A stretch of 63,105 nucleotides of DNA, taken from positions 1-63,105 of the forward strand of contig CAZUOM010000002.1 of assembly GCA_964621305.1 (NCBI GenBank), written 5' to 3'. The notes beneath the pieces are model-generated. The model was not told the DNA's origin. It did no database searches and was given only the letters and a program-made list of their open reading frames with translations. Positions within the stretch are counted from its first letter, which is position 1. The number at the start of each line of letters is the position of its first letter. Source of the DNA: an uncultured Gammaproteobacteria bacterium. GTDB taxonomy: Bacteria > Patescibacteriota > Microgenomatia > UBA10105 > UBA927. Positions 11,456 through 20,761 of this stretch are shown here, piece after piece. A program made the translations under genes and the position numbers.

Positions 11456-11871
11456 AAAAAATAGTTTTAGTAGGGGGTTCTTTCGATCTTCTTCATTTCG
11501 GTCATACCGAATTCTTGCGCCAAGCCAAGGCGCTTGGAGACTGGCTTGTCGTGGCGCTTGAATCAGATGAAAATGTAAACCGGATGAAGGGAAATGGCCG
11601 GCCGATTCACTCACAACATCAACGGAGAAAAATGCTCCAATCTCTTTCTTTCGTCGATGAAGTACTGCTGCTTCAGCCAATGAAAACCGATGAAGAGTAC
11701 GCCAGTCTCGTTAAAAAGGTGCAACCGCACGTCATTGCCGTCACCGAAGGCGACCCGATCTTGGACAAGAAAAAGGGGCATGCCGTAGCCGTTGGTGCGC
11801 AGGTTATCGTAATCCCCAAGATCCACACCCCCTCCACCTCCATGATCACCAAGCTCCTGGGACTTGAGTAA
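11452..11871 (+). CDS. Cytidylyltransferase-like protein (RfaE-II/TagD family)
   Basis: GGSFDLLHFGH HIGH motif, RPIH, STS. Confidence 0.85.
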   Translation: MKKIVLVGGSFDLLHFGHTEFLRQAKALGDWLVVALESDENVNRMKGNGRPIHSQHQRRKMLQSLSFVDEVLLLQPMKTDEEYASLVKKVQPHVIAVTEGDPILDKKKGHAVAVGAQVIVIPKIHTPSTSMITKLLGLE

Positions 11872-11880
11872 AATATCAGC

Positions 11881-12978
11881 ATGAAAATTCTTGCTATTGA
11901 AACATCATGTGATGAAACGGCGGCGGCGGTCGTTGAGGACGGCACAAAAATTATCAGCAACGCAATTGCATCCTCTGCCCATATGCACAGAAAATACGGC
12001 GGCATCGTGCCGGAGGTTGCCGCACGCAAGCAGCTCGAGTGTATTCTTTCGGTCATTGCCGAGGTGTTACAACCGTTAATACAAGACGGCTCGTCAGATC
12101 AACATTTACAAGGGGACCCCTTGCAACAATCCATTGACGCAGTCGCGGTAACGGTAGGACCAGGATTAATAGCCGGGTTGTTGGTGGGTGTCGAGACAGC
12201 AAAGACCATTGCATTTGCAACCGGCAAGCCCATCATCCCGGTCAATCACGTACTCGCTCACATGTATGCCAATTTTGTTAGTTTTGAACAAAATTGGAAA
12301 TCTCAAATCTCAAATCTCAAATCTCAAACAATTCAACAATATAACAATATAACAATTGAGTATCCGGCTATTTCTTTAGTAGCAAGCGGAGGCCATACGG
12401 AACTTTACTTAATGAAATCCATCAAGGATCTCAAGTGGTTGGGCGGCACCCTTGATGATGCAGCAGGAGAATGTTTTGATAAAACCGCCAGGCTACTGGG
12501 TTTTGGTACCGGCGGCGGGCTTGCAATAGAAAAAGCCGCAAAGAACTTTAAAATTAAAACTTTAAACTTTAAACTGCCAAGGCCAATGCTTGATGAATCT
12601 TGGAATTTTTCGTTTAGCGGGTTAAAAACCGCGGTGATACGAGAATGGAATAAATATGAAAAACATGACGAAACCGTCATTAATTCGTTTGCCTATGAAA
12701 TTCAAGAGGCAATAACCGACGTGCTGGTGAAAAAAACTCTTCGCGCAGCACAAAAATATGAGGCAAAAACCATCCTTCTCTCCGGCGGGGTCGCATCCAA
12801 CTCCCGCCTGCGCGAAAAGTTTAAAGTTAAAAGTTTAAATTTTAAAGTAGTGGCACCGCCTGCGCCACTGTGCACAGACAATGCCGTCTACATCGCCAGC
12901 TACGCATTTTTCCGAGGAAAACCAACCGATTGGCACAAAATCACCGCAGTTCCGGATCTTTCTGTTGAAGCGTCCTGA
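11881..12978 (+). CDS. tsaD: tRNA N6-threonylcarbamoyltransferase TsaD
   Basis: IETSCDETAAA, GGIVPEVAAR, NHVLAH, SGGHT, CTDNA; four low-complexity inserts. Confidence 0.95.
   Translation: MKILAIETSCDETAAAVVEDGTKIISNAIASSAHMHRKYGGIVPEVAARKQLECILSVIAEVLQPLIQDGSSDQHLQGDPLQQSIDAVAVTVGPGLIAGLLVGVETAKTIAFATGKPIIPVNHVLAHMYANFVSFEQNWKSQISNLKSQTIQQYNNITIEYPAISLVASGGHTELYLMKSIKDLKWLGGTLDDAAGECFDKTARLLGFGTGGGLAIEKAAKNFKIKTLNFKLPRPMLDESWNFSFSGLKTAVIREWNKYEKHDETVINSFAYEIQEAITDVLVKKTLRAAQKYEAKTILLSGGVASNSRLREKFKVKSLNFKVVAPPAPLCTDNAVYIASYAFFRGKPTDWHKITAVPDLSVEAS
12109..12123. repeat. Palindrome CAAGGGG-A-CCCCTTG (AAGG-N5-CCTT family) in a tsaD loop
   Basis: Seen directly; encodes QGDPL in a segment longer than canonical TsaD. 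Confidence 0.6.
12298..12358. repeat. (AAATCTC)4 plus (AACAATNN)4 in-frame insert in tsaD
   Basis: Encodes KSQISNLKSQTIQQYNNITIE between NHVLAH and SGGHT. Confidence 0.9.
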
Positions 12979-12998
12979 CGGAAAACCACGGGTGACCA

Positions 12999-13202
12999 TT
13001 ATTCGTCTGCTACCCAAACGACCTTTTCTGGATCATCTGATCTCCTCTTTTGTAATTCTATATAAGCATCCATTAATTTTTCTTCTTCCGTCCGAGTATC
13101 TACCCACTCTGGATCCTCTCGGGGCTCCTCACGTGGAACAGATTGTTGCAGCGGCACGCCATCCTGACGATAATAAAGCCCTTTACTTTCCGTCAGTCGC
13201 AT
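12999..13202 (-). CDS. Small hypothetical protein
   Basis: GGAGGAGGTGA upstream of ATG 13202. Confidence 0.45.
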   Translation of the reverse strand: MRLTESKGLYYRQDGVPLQQSVPREEPREDPEWVDTRTEEEKLMDAYIELQKRRSDDPEKVVWVADE

Positions 13203-13252
13203 CTTATCTCTCACCTCCTCCGAGCAGGAAGATAGAAGAAGGCTACTCTCTC

Positions 13253-13275
13253 TCTCTCTGCAAAAGTCAAATTTT
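13253..13275 (+). repeat. 23-bp direct repeat, left copy
   Basis: TCTCTCTGCAAAAGTCAAATTTT, identical to 14226-14248. Confidence 0.9.
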
Positions 13276-13293
13276 TGAGCTATAATTACGCAT

Positions 13294-13596
13294 ATGGCTC
13301 ACCCGCCGAAATCGCTCCAACATGTTTTGTGGTCAGTAGATGTCAACAAAATAAACCTCGAAACTGACAAGGCCTACATCATCCATCAAATTTTTGCGCA
13401 CGGAAGTTTTGATGATTTTCGGTGGTTATTTCGGGTATACCCATTACCGGATATTATTCGCGTATTTACGGCAACACCTTATAAAGATTACCGACCGGCA
13501 CGTTTTAATTTTGTGAAAAACATACTCCTCAGATTAAAAGATCGCGCCATGGATCCGCGACGCTATGTCAAAAATACACCTAGAGCTATTGGATAG
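13294..13596 (+). CDS. DUF6922-like partner (putative antitoxin) of an AbiEii-type toxin
   Basis: LWSVD...YII.QIF.HG..DD.RWLF..Y pattern; overlaps the downstream toxin. Confidence 0.7.
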   Translation: MAHPPKSLQHVLWSVDVNKINLETDKAYIIHQIFAHGSFDDFRWLFRVYPLPDIIRVFTATPYKDYRPARFNFVKNILLRLKDRAMDPRRYVKNTPRAIG

Positions 13597-14209
13597 TTCC
13601 CGCCAAAAAGTCTTTGAGCAACTGCGTGTGTTTGCACAGTACGGCTACCTGGCTGGCGGCACTGCGCTTGCTTTACAACTTAACCATCGCAAGTCCGTAG
13701 ACTTTGATGTTTTCGTACAAAAACCCATCGGTTCCGCTTTGCGGAAGGAAATCAATAAAGTATTCGGTGATCACCCATATGAAGTAAACACTGCAGATCA
13801 AATTACTTTCCCGCTTGGAAAAAACATTGAGATCACGTTTCTTTACTACTGGTACCCACACATCAGGCCGCTCATTACTACCGCGTCAATTTCTCTTGCG
13901 TCCGTTGACGACATCATCGCTGACAAAGCCCACGTTCTCGGTCGCCGGACTGTGTGGCGGGACTATGTGGATTTGTTTGTCATCATGAAAAACCACGGCA
14001 TGTCGATTACGAACATTTTCAATTTGGCTACAAAAAAATTTGTTGGGGAATTCGTACGGGAGCAATTCTTGGAACAGCTCTCTTATTTTGATGACGTTGC
14101 TCCTGTTCCCGTCGAATTTGTCACCCAATCCTACACCGCAGATGAAATCAAATCCTATCTGACAGAAAAATCCAAAGAGTACGCAGCAACCATCCGACCT
14201 AAGAAATAA
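13565..14209 (+). CDS. Nucleotidyltransferase AbiEii/AbiGii-family toxin
   Basis: YLAGGTALALQLNHRKSVDFD, KAH....R..WRDYVD. Confidence 0.85.
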   Translation: MSKIHLELLDSSRQKVFEQLRVFAQYGYLAGGTALALQLNHRKSVDFDVFVQKPIGSALRKEINKVFGDHPYEVNTADQITFPLGKNIEITFLYYWYPHIRPLITTASISLASVDDIIADKAHVLGRRTVWRDYVDLFVIMKNHGMSITNIFNLATKKFVGEFVREQFLEQLSYFDDVAPVPVEFVTQSYTADEIKSYLTEKSKEYAATIRPKK

Positions 14210-14225
14210 AACACACATCGGGCCG

Positions 14226-14248
14226 TCTCTCTGCAAAAGTCAAATTTT
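14226..14248 (+). repeat. 23-bp direct repeat, right copy
   Basis: Identical to 13253-13275; overlaps the stop codon of the GHKL gene. Confidence 0.9.
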
Positions 14249-15744
14249 GGGAGGGGCTTTTTCTACTAATGCATCCGTTAAAAGGCGCGACTGCCAGTCG
14301 TAGCCCTGCTCTATCTTCTCCGGGCGGGCAAGCTGGACCAGTTCTTGGGTAATGAGCCGCGCCAGATGATAACCGGAAACAGCGTCATCTTTGGCTGTTT
14401 GATCAAATAAAGGATGATCTCGATTGATAAAAACAACCCCGCCCTCTACAAAACTTTCCCGCTCCTCCGGCCCCAAGTGGGACAGAGAACAGACCAAATT
14501 CATGCCCCCGATTTTGACGCGTTTAACCAATCGCGTCTTGTCGTGCAACACGGTTTTAACTAAACTCCTACGCTTTCTGTTTTTTATTCCATCCAGGACC
14601 TGTCTTGTGCTATCAGTACTGTTTTCGGATTTCCTGGCCTTGCCCAGGGACTTACCCATTGTTGTTGTTCCGAGAGCTTTCTCAAGTTCCGGCCGGGCAC
14701 TAGACACGGCTCCGGCAAAGAGCGGCAGGTCATGCATGAGAAAAATATCGGTGTTTTTCTTGAGCGCCTGCTTAACGCGTGACAAAGCGTTTGAAAGGGC
14801 TTCGTCTGTTTTAATATCCGCGCGTCCACGGGAAACCAGCCGCAGGTCTTTGGCAATTTTTTTATTTTCTTCTCCATGACGGCAGCAAAAACGGCAAACT
14901 CCTGGCTGTCACGAAGAAAATTGTCCCGGCTAGAAGTCAAAGGAAGAAAATCCGCATGAAGCTCTCCGGTGAGCCGCCGCGGCGGCAACTCCCGAATGCC
15001 GTCCAGGCCAAAATTCTCGCGCCGTATGCTCATTCCCCGAACCTTGACTGCAATCCCAACCTGCTCTGCGGGTAAAAGGAGTGAAGAAATGACTACTTCG
15101 CCTGCTATCAATCCTGCTGGCGTTGCTTCGCGGATCCGATAACGCCGGCCGAGAACAACGTGGACCATCAACCGTTCTCCATTGAGGATGACGCGAAAGT
15201 TCTTGGCTCCCAGGGGAAGCTGCTGGCGAAGCCGCCGGGCAAGCTGTTCAACGCCAATTGGGTAACGCAGGTCTGAAAGGCTCACCTTGGTCCCGTGTCC
15301 TTCTCCGGCAACTGCCTGCTCGAGGACCGGAATTTCCCAGTCAGACGCAGATTCAAATGCGCTCCGGTCAAAAACCACGGTTGCGCTGTAGGCTTGTTTG
15401 CGCGTATACATGGTAAACCGGTCGCAGAGGGAAAGGACGGCAAATTTGCCGATGCCAAACTCGCCGATTCGCTGCCTTTGATAAATCGGCGACTGGGGAT
15501 TACGGCGCTTAAAATCGGACCCGATGGTAAAATACTGGGTCAATCCTTCCCGATCCATTCCGCTTCCGTCATCTTCAACAATTAGCTCGCTATCTGTAAG
15601 GGTTATCTTTACCGTGGTGGCATCAGCATCGTATGCATTGGCTACCAACTCCCGCACGAGGTCGAGGCTTTCTGCATAGAGCCGGGTACCGATCGTGGTC
15701 AGGTGCGATTTGTCAAAAGTAATAGGGATCGTGGAGGGAACCAT
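14240..15744 (-). CDS. GHKL (HSP90/MutL/MORC-like) ATPase, split by a frameshift at an A7 tract (14857-14863)
   Basis: RELVANAYDA, EDDGSGM, GEFGIGK, GTKV. One extra A joins the ORFs into about 501 aa ending ...INRDHPLF.... Confidence 0.8.
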
Positions 15745-15818
15745 GCGTAGATTGTATCCTATTGTGCTCTTGCGCACAAAAACTAGCTGGAGGCGCATTT
15801 TTTCAGTACAATGCGAAC

Positions 15819-17990
15819 ATGGAGAAGACGTATAACCCGGCTCTCGTTGAAGAAAAAATCTACCAGATGTGGGAGGAGGGCGGGTATTTTACCCCTCGTA
15901 AAACTCGGGGCAAGCCGCCATTCTCAATAATTTTACCTCCGCCTAATGCCAATGCGGATCTTCACCTAGGTCACGCGATGTATATCGTTGAGGATATTAT
16001 GATCCGGTATCACCGCATGAAAGGCGACCCCACGCTTTGGCTGCCAGGCGCTGACCACGCAGGATTTGAAACGCAATACGTGTTTGAAAAGGAACTTGCC
16101 AAGGAGGGGAAAAGCCGCTTTGATTTTGACCGCGATACACTTTATAAAATGATCTGGGACTTTGTGCAAAAAAACCGCACGACCATGGAAAATCAGTTGC
16201 GGCGGCTTGGTTTTTCTTTAGATTGGACCCGCAATACCTTTACCCTTGACCCGAAAATAGTCGAGATAGTCTATAAAACCTTTAAACAATTGTACGACGA
16301 TGGACTCGTTTACCGCGGCACGAGACTGGTCAACTATTGCACCAAAGACGGCACCGGATTTTCGGATCTGGAGGTCAAATACGTCGAACGGACTGACCCC
16401 CTCTACTATATGAAATACGGCCCGTTTACCATAGCGACAGCCCGACCGGAAACCAAATTCCGCGACACGGCACTTGCTGCCAACCCCAATGATAAACGCT
16501 ACCAAAAGTGGATAGGTAAAACAGTTGAAGTCCTGGGGCTTCTCGGACCGTTTCAGCTTACCGTCATCCCCGACCCTGACGTAGATCCTAAATTCGGCAC
16601 GGGCATTATGAAAGTGACGCCGGCACACGATCCTCATGATTTTGAGTTGGGACAAAAGTTTAATTTACCGGTAACGCCAATTATAGATTTTAAAGGCCGA
16701 ATGGACTTTTCGTGGTTTTTGGAGAAAAATGATGTAAATCCAAAGCATCGAGCCCGCGCAGAAAAATATCACGGCAAAAAAGTTATAGAAGCCCGAGCGC
16801 TCATGGTTGAGGACCTTAAAGAAGACGGCTTACTGGTAAAAACTGACGAAAGGTACACACACCACATCGGCACCTGTTACAAATGCGGCTCTGTCATCGA
16901 GCCGCTTCCTATGGAACAGTGGTTTGTGAAAGTGGCTCCGCTAGCAAAACGAGCAATACAAGCAATACAAGCAAAAAAAGTAATGTTCATACCAAAACGG
17001 TTTGAAAAAACAGCCAAGCAGTGGCTCACCGATTTTCACGATTGGAACATTAGTCGCCAACTTGTTTGGGGCATGAGAATTCCAGCTTGGCAATGTCAAA
17101 AATGTTTAAAGTGGACCGTCACTGACGAAAAAAAACCGGAGCGATGTACCAAGTGCGGCGACATAAATCTCAAGCAAGATACCGACACGTTCGATACGTG
17201 GTTTAGTTCTGGACAATGGCCCTTCGCTGCGCTTCGCGCGGCTCACGGTAAACCCCTTGATACCATTGATGACTTTGTATATTTCTACCCCACGAGTGTT
17301 ATGGAGACGGGGTACGACATTCTACCCTGGTGGGTGTGTCGGATGATGATGGTGGGAATATACGTAACCGGCGATGTTCCCTTCCGAACAGTTTATCTTC
17401 ATGGCTTAGTTCGGGATGCCAAAGGACAAAAGATGAGCAAAAGCAAAGGAAACGCGATCAACCCCCTTAAAATGGTTGACCAATATGGAGCTGACGCACT
17501 GCGCATGGCGCTCGTCTACAGTACTGCTGCCGGCAACGATCAGTCGTTATCCGAAGACAAAATCCGAGGAATGCGCAATTTTGCAAATAAAATATGGAAC
17601 ATAGCCAGATTCATTGTCATGAATCTGGAAAACTCAAAACTCAATGACCAAATCTCAACGAAGGAATTAAAAAATCCTGATGATAAAAAAATCATCAAAG
17701 AACTCAACAAGCTAACAAAATCTGTAGCCAAAAATATGGAAACCTACCGCTTTTCGGATGCTGCGCAAAAAATTTACGATTTTACCTGGCACAGACTTGC
17801 TGACGTGTATTTGGAAAAAAACAAAGAGAGGTTTAAAAATGGAGATCCTCAAGCGCTAGCGATTATTCTTCATGTGTATCGAACAATTCTCAAACTCCTC
17901 CATCCCTTCATGCCTTTTGTTACCGAAGAAATCTGGGGGAAATTACCGAGGAAATTAACCGATCCACTCATCATCTCTAAGTGGCCGTAA
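15819..17990 (+). CDS. valS: Valyl-tRNA synthetase (short form)
   Basis: PPPNAN, HLGH, TARPET, GTGIMKVTPAHD, KMSKS; start MEKTY at 15819. Confidence 0.98.
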   Translation: MEKTYNPALVEEKIYQMWEEGGYFTPRKTRGKPPFSIILPPPNANADLHLGHAMYIVEDIMIRYHRMKGDPTLWLPGADHAGFETQYVFEKELAKEGKSRFDFDRDTLYKMIWDFVQKNRTTMENQLRRLGFSLDWTRNTFTLDPKIVEIVYKTFKQLYDDGLVYRGTRLVNYCTKDGTGFSDLEVKYVERTDPLYYMKYGPFTIATARPETKFRDTALAANPNDKRYQKWIGKTVEVLGLLGPFQLTVIPDPDVDPKFGTGIMKVTPAHDPHDFELGQKFNLPVTPIIDFKGRMDFSWFLEKNDVNPKHRARAEKYHGKKVIEARALMVEDLKEDGLLVKTDERYTHHIGTCYKCGSVIEPLPMEQWFVKVAPLAKRAIQAIQAKKVMFIPKRFEKTAKQWLTDFHDWNISRQLVWGMRIPAWQCQKCLKWTVTDEKKPERCTKCGDINLKQDTDTFDTWFSSGQWPFAALRAAHGKPLDTIDDFVYFYPTSVMETGYDILPWWVCRMMMVGIYVTGDVPFRTVYLHGLVRDAKGQKMSKSKGNAINPLKMVDQYGADALRMALVYSTAAGNDQSLSEDKIRGMRNFANKIWNIARFIVMNLENSKLNDQISTKELKNPDDKKIIKELNKLTKSVAKNMETYRFSDAAQKIYDFTWHRLADVYLEKNKERFKNGDPQALAIILHVYRTILKLLHPFMPFVTEEIWGKLPRKLTDPLIISKWP

Positions 17991-18756
17991 ATGTAATCGT
18001 CCCTACGATTTTATCAAACAACGCATCATCGGTATCCCAGTTGGCGTTAACGCCGGTCGGAGTAAAATGATTGACTTCAAGAGAAATACCCTCCGGTCCG
18101 TGAACAACGAAGCCACGGATTTGGACAAACGTGTAGCCGCCCCCGGTAGTGCCGGCAAATAGGCCCGAAAATTCCTGGGCGGGCAATCCGGAAACTGATG
18201 CCTCCTTCATGAGAAACGCCCGGCCGCCGGCATCGGTCATGATTGCCCCGATTGTCGTAGGCAACGCCTGACCCCTGCCCCGCGGAGCAACAGTCAAACG
18301 GGTTCCGCCGGGAAGATATGTTCCCTGTGAGGCGCACGTTTGTCCATCGCAAATTGGACTCACCACGTCCGACGGAAGTTTTAGCGAGATCCAGGCAATC
18401 GGCTCCCTGCTATTGCTTGAAATCGGAACATACCTGATCCACCCGGCATACGGGCCAACCGGCAATGTGACAGACGGCATAAGAGCCGAAGGCGCGCTGG
18501 GTGTTGGCTGCAGAGCAATTTGCCCTGTACGCTGAATCAGATACTGATGAAGAAAAACGCTCGCTCCAACCCCGAAAGCAAAAAGAATACTAAACAGCAT
18601 GATATTGCCCAGCACAGATAAAAGACCTGAGTGCCTTGATGCCGGCTTGGTAATTTCATGCTCCGGAGCGAACTGGGGCTTTGGCGTGCCGGTTTTTTCG
18701 TCTATCTCCGGCGTTTCTTCATAGTGAAGAAACTTGGATTTTTGTTGATCGTCCAT
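17977..18756 (-). CDS. Hypothetical single-TM protein
   Basis: Hydrophobic segment VLGNIMLFSILFAFGVGASVFL; probable start MDDQ at 18756. Confidence 0.6.
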   Translation of the reverse strand: MDDQQKSKFLHYEETPEIDEKTGTPKPQFAPEHEITKPASRHSGLLSVLGNIMLFSILFAFGVGASVFLHQYLIQRTGQIALQPTPSAPSALMPSVTLPVGPYAGWIRYVPISSNSREPIAWISLKLPSDVVSPICDGQTCASQGTYLPGGTRLTVAPRGRGQALPTTIGAIMTDAGGRAFLMKEASVSGLPAQEFSGLFAGTTGGGYTFVQIRGFVVHGPEGISLEVNHFTPTGVNANWDTDDALFDKIVGTITFTAT

Positions 18757-18788
18757 AAAAATATTGTTCCATGTCTGGAAGGCGTCTG

Positions 18789-19520
18789 TCAATTTCGAAT
18801 CCACTTAAAAAGACACGCGGTCATGTTATCCTTGCTGCCTCCTTTTTCTGCACTATGGAGCAACGCAATGACTGATTCGGTCATGCTCTCCGATGTTTTA
18901 CCAGAGCTTGCAATGATTGTAGAAATGTCTTTTTCAGATACAAAATTGGTTACACCGTCTGTTGCCATAAAAATTGCTTCACAATCGAAAACGTGAAGCA
19001 CATATATTTGCGGAGTAAGGCCATAGCGCATCGTGCCAATGGCTTTAGTCAAGTGTCCATCAGTGCTTATGTCGTCGTGTGTCACCTTTTTCAACGCACC
19101 ATTGTGAAGTATATAAACAGGACTATCCCCAACGCTACCGACCCAGATGCTCCTCTGACCAACCATAACCATAGAAAGAGTAGTCGCCATTCCATCGCTG
19201 TATCCAATTTCTTTCTGTTTCTGATAGATGGCTATGTTCGTTGAACGAAAAATACGCTTAAGCAATAATTTTTTGTCTTTCCAATATGTATTTCGTAACT
19301 GTATTTGCTTGTATCCCCAAACGGCCGTTTCGCAAGCGAGCTTGGCTGCTGTATCTCCATGGGGCATCCCGCCGACGCCATCAGCAATAACGACACATTC
19401 ATCATGATAATTGAGAAAATAGTCTTCTTGTATCTTGCGGTCACCTTGAAGTTGCGAAGCGGCAAACAGCGTTGAAACCTTGGATTGATCGATCTTTCGA
19501 AAATACGGATCAAGCTGCAT
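18789..19520 (-). CDS. PP2C-family Ser/Thr phosphatase
   Basis: QED, ADGVGG, VGDS, ATDG, DNMT. Confidence 0.9.
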   Translation of the reverse strand: MQLDPYFRKIDQSKVSTLFAASQLQGDRKIQEDYFLNYHDECVVIADGVGGMPHGDTAAKLACETAVWGYKQIQLRNTYWKDKKLLLKRIFRSTNIAIYQKQKEIGYSDGMATTLSMVMVGQRSIWVGSVGDSPVYILHNGALKKVTHDDISTDGHLTKAIGTMRYGLTPQIYVLHVFDCEAIFMATDGVTNFVSEKDISTIIASSGKTSESMTESVIALLHSAEKGGSKDNMTACLFKWIRN

Positions 19521-20121
19521 GGAATCTAACCTCCACCTCGCTCCAGTTCACAACGTTCCACCAATTTTTAATGTAATCGGTCCGCATATTCTGGTACTTG
19601 AGGTAGTACGCATGTTCCCACAAATCCAAACCAACTATAGGGCTTTTACCTTCCATGAGGGGATTGTCCTGATTGGGCGTATCAGAAATAACCAGCTTTC
19701 CGCCGTCAACAACCAGCCACACCCAACCGCTACCGAATCGGCCCATGCCTTTTGCAGAAAATTGCTCCTGAAATTTTTCAAAGCTTTCAAAGGCGCTTTC
19801 GATTGCCGCCTTGAGCGCTCCGCTTGGTGCCCGCGGCTCTCCTTTGGGATTGGCCGCCATGACGGCCCAAAAAAGGGAGTGGTTGTAGTGTCCACCACCA
19901 TTATTTCTTACTTTAGTTCGTATTGGCTGCGGAACTTGATCGAGCTTTTTGAGTAAATCCTCAATTGTTACATTGTTAAATTGTTGAATTGTTGTGAGAG
20001 CTTCGTTGAGATTTTTTACGTACGTCCCATGGTGCTTATCGTGGTGAATCTGCATCGTACGCTCATCGATGTACGGCTCAAGAGCGTTGTAGGAGTAAGG
20101 CAGATCTGGAAGTGTAAACAT
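19510..20121 (-). CDS. sodA: Superoxide dismutase, Mn-type signature
   Basis: [31 protein letters not shown]; AGGAGG upstream. Confidence 0.96.
   Translation of the reverse strand: MFTLPDLPYSYNALEPYIDERTMQIHHDKHHGTYVKNLNEALTTIQQFNNVTIEDLLKKLDQVPQPIRTKVRNNGGGHYNHSLFWAVMAANPKGEPRAPSGALKAAIESAFESFEKFQEQFSAKGMGRFGSGWVWLVVDGGKLVISDTPNQDNPLMEGKSPIVGLDLWEHAYYLKYQNMRTDYIKNWWNVVNWSEVEVRFHAA
19962..19993. repeat. (AACAATNN)4 in-frame insert in sodA
   Basis: Minus strand AACAATTC AACAATTT AACAATGT AACAATTG, encoding [11 protein letters not shown]. Confidence 0.85.
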
Positions 20122-20140
20122 AAAACCTCCTTTGAAAAAT

Positions 20141-20236
20141 TTATTTCTGTCTGGCGAGCAATGCCACAAGCGTAATTGCGATTAAAAGTAAAACCCAAAA
20201 GATATTCCCAATGGTAAAAAGTTCATTTGCTGTCAT
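20141..20236 (-). CDS. 31-aa single-TM peptide (below ORF-track cutoff)
   Basis: [31 protein letters not shown]; ATGA overlap with the upstream ORF. Confidence 0.5.
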   Translation of the reverse strand: MTANELFTIGNIFWVLLLIAITLVALLARQK

Positions 20237-20481
20237 CGTCTGCCTCCTGATTTTGCTTCCAGTATAAGTGCTGTCGCAAGGAAAGTCAAAGAAAGCATCG
20301 CGCCGCTAAAAAGTTCACTCAGTGTTGGCCGAAAAGAAGACTGCAAGACGCTGGGGAAGAAATATCCTGCGACATTGTAAAGCAGTACCGCCTTTGACAT
20401 ATCTTCCGCATAACGCGAAAGAAGATCGTATTGTCCACGAGTAAACCGAAGTATCATCAAAACTATGATAACACAGAACAA
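20233..20481 (-). CDS. Small hydrophobic hypothetical protein
   Basis: Hydrophobic segments; coupled to the 31-aa ORF; start uncertain. Confidence 0.45.
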   Translation of the reverse strand: MFCVIIVLMILRFTRGQYDLLSRYAEDMSKAVLLYNVAGYFFPSVLQSSFRPTLSELFSGAMLSLTFLATALILEAKSGGRR

Positions 20482-20590
20482 TCGTTATATTCTTGCCAAG
20501 TCTTAGTTGCAACACTTTGTCAAGACTTGTGTTTCATATAAGGAAACAAACTGACCACAGTAGGCGAGGTGCTCTGAAATACGGGTGGTG

Positions 20591-20761
20591 TCAATGTCGA
20601 GCGCCAAGATTTTGGTTGTGGTCGCTGCCGGCTATGAAGTTGGTTAAATCAATTAAAGAAACAGAGCGACCCAAGCTGCGAGCCATCGCGATTACGACAT
20701 CAGTAACTTTTTGGGTCTGATTTCCTGTGCGACTTGTTCCGTTAATGATTGTTATATTCAT
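20591..20761 (-). pseudogene. Truncated N-terminus of a NADPH-dependent FMN reductase/flavodoxin-like gene
   Basis: MNITIINGTSRTGNQTQKVT...LIDL then a stop after 56 aa; overlaps the end of the upstream gene. Confidence 0.55.

Noticed and set aside
14584-14856. C-terminal ~90 aa of the 404-aa ORF as a real domain
   Set aside because: Low-plausibility sequence past the A7 tract; the other frame continues the GHKL family pattern.
16952-16975. AGCAATACA tandem in valS (AIQAIQA)
   Set aside because: The period is 9, so it is a simple codon-level duplication with no other copies; not part of the 7/8-mer family.
16971-17135. A_AAA_AAA as a general programmed frameshift signal
   Set aside because: valS and other intact genes contain in-frame A7/A8 runs needing no shift, so the motif alone is not sufficient.
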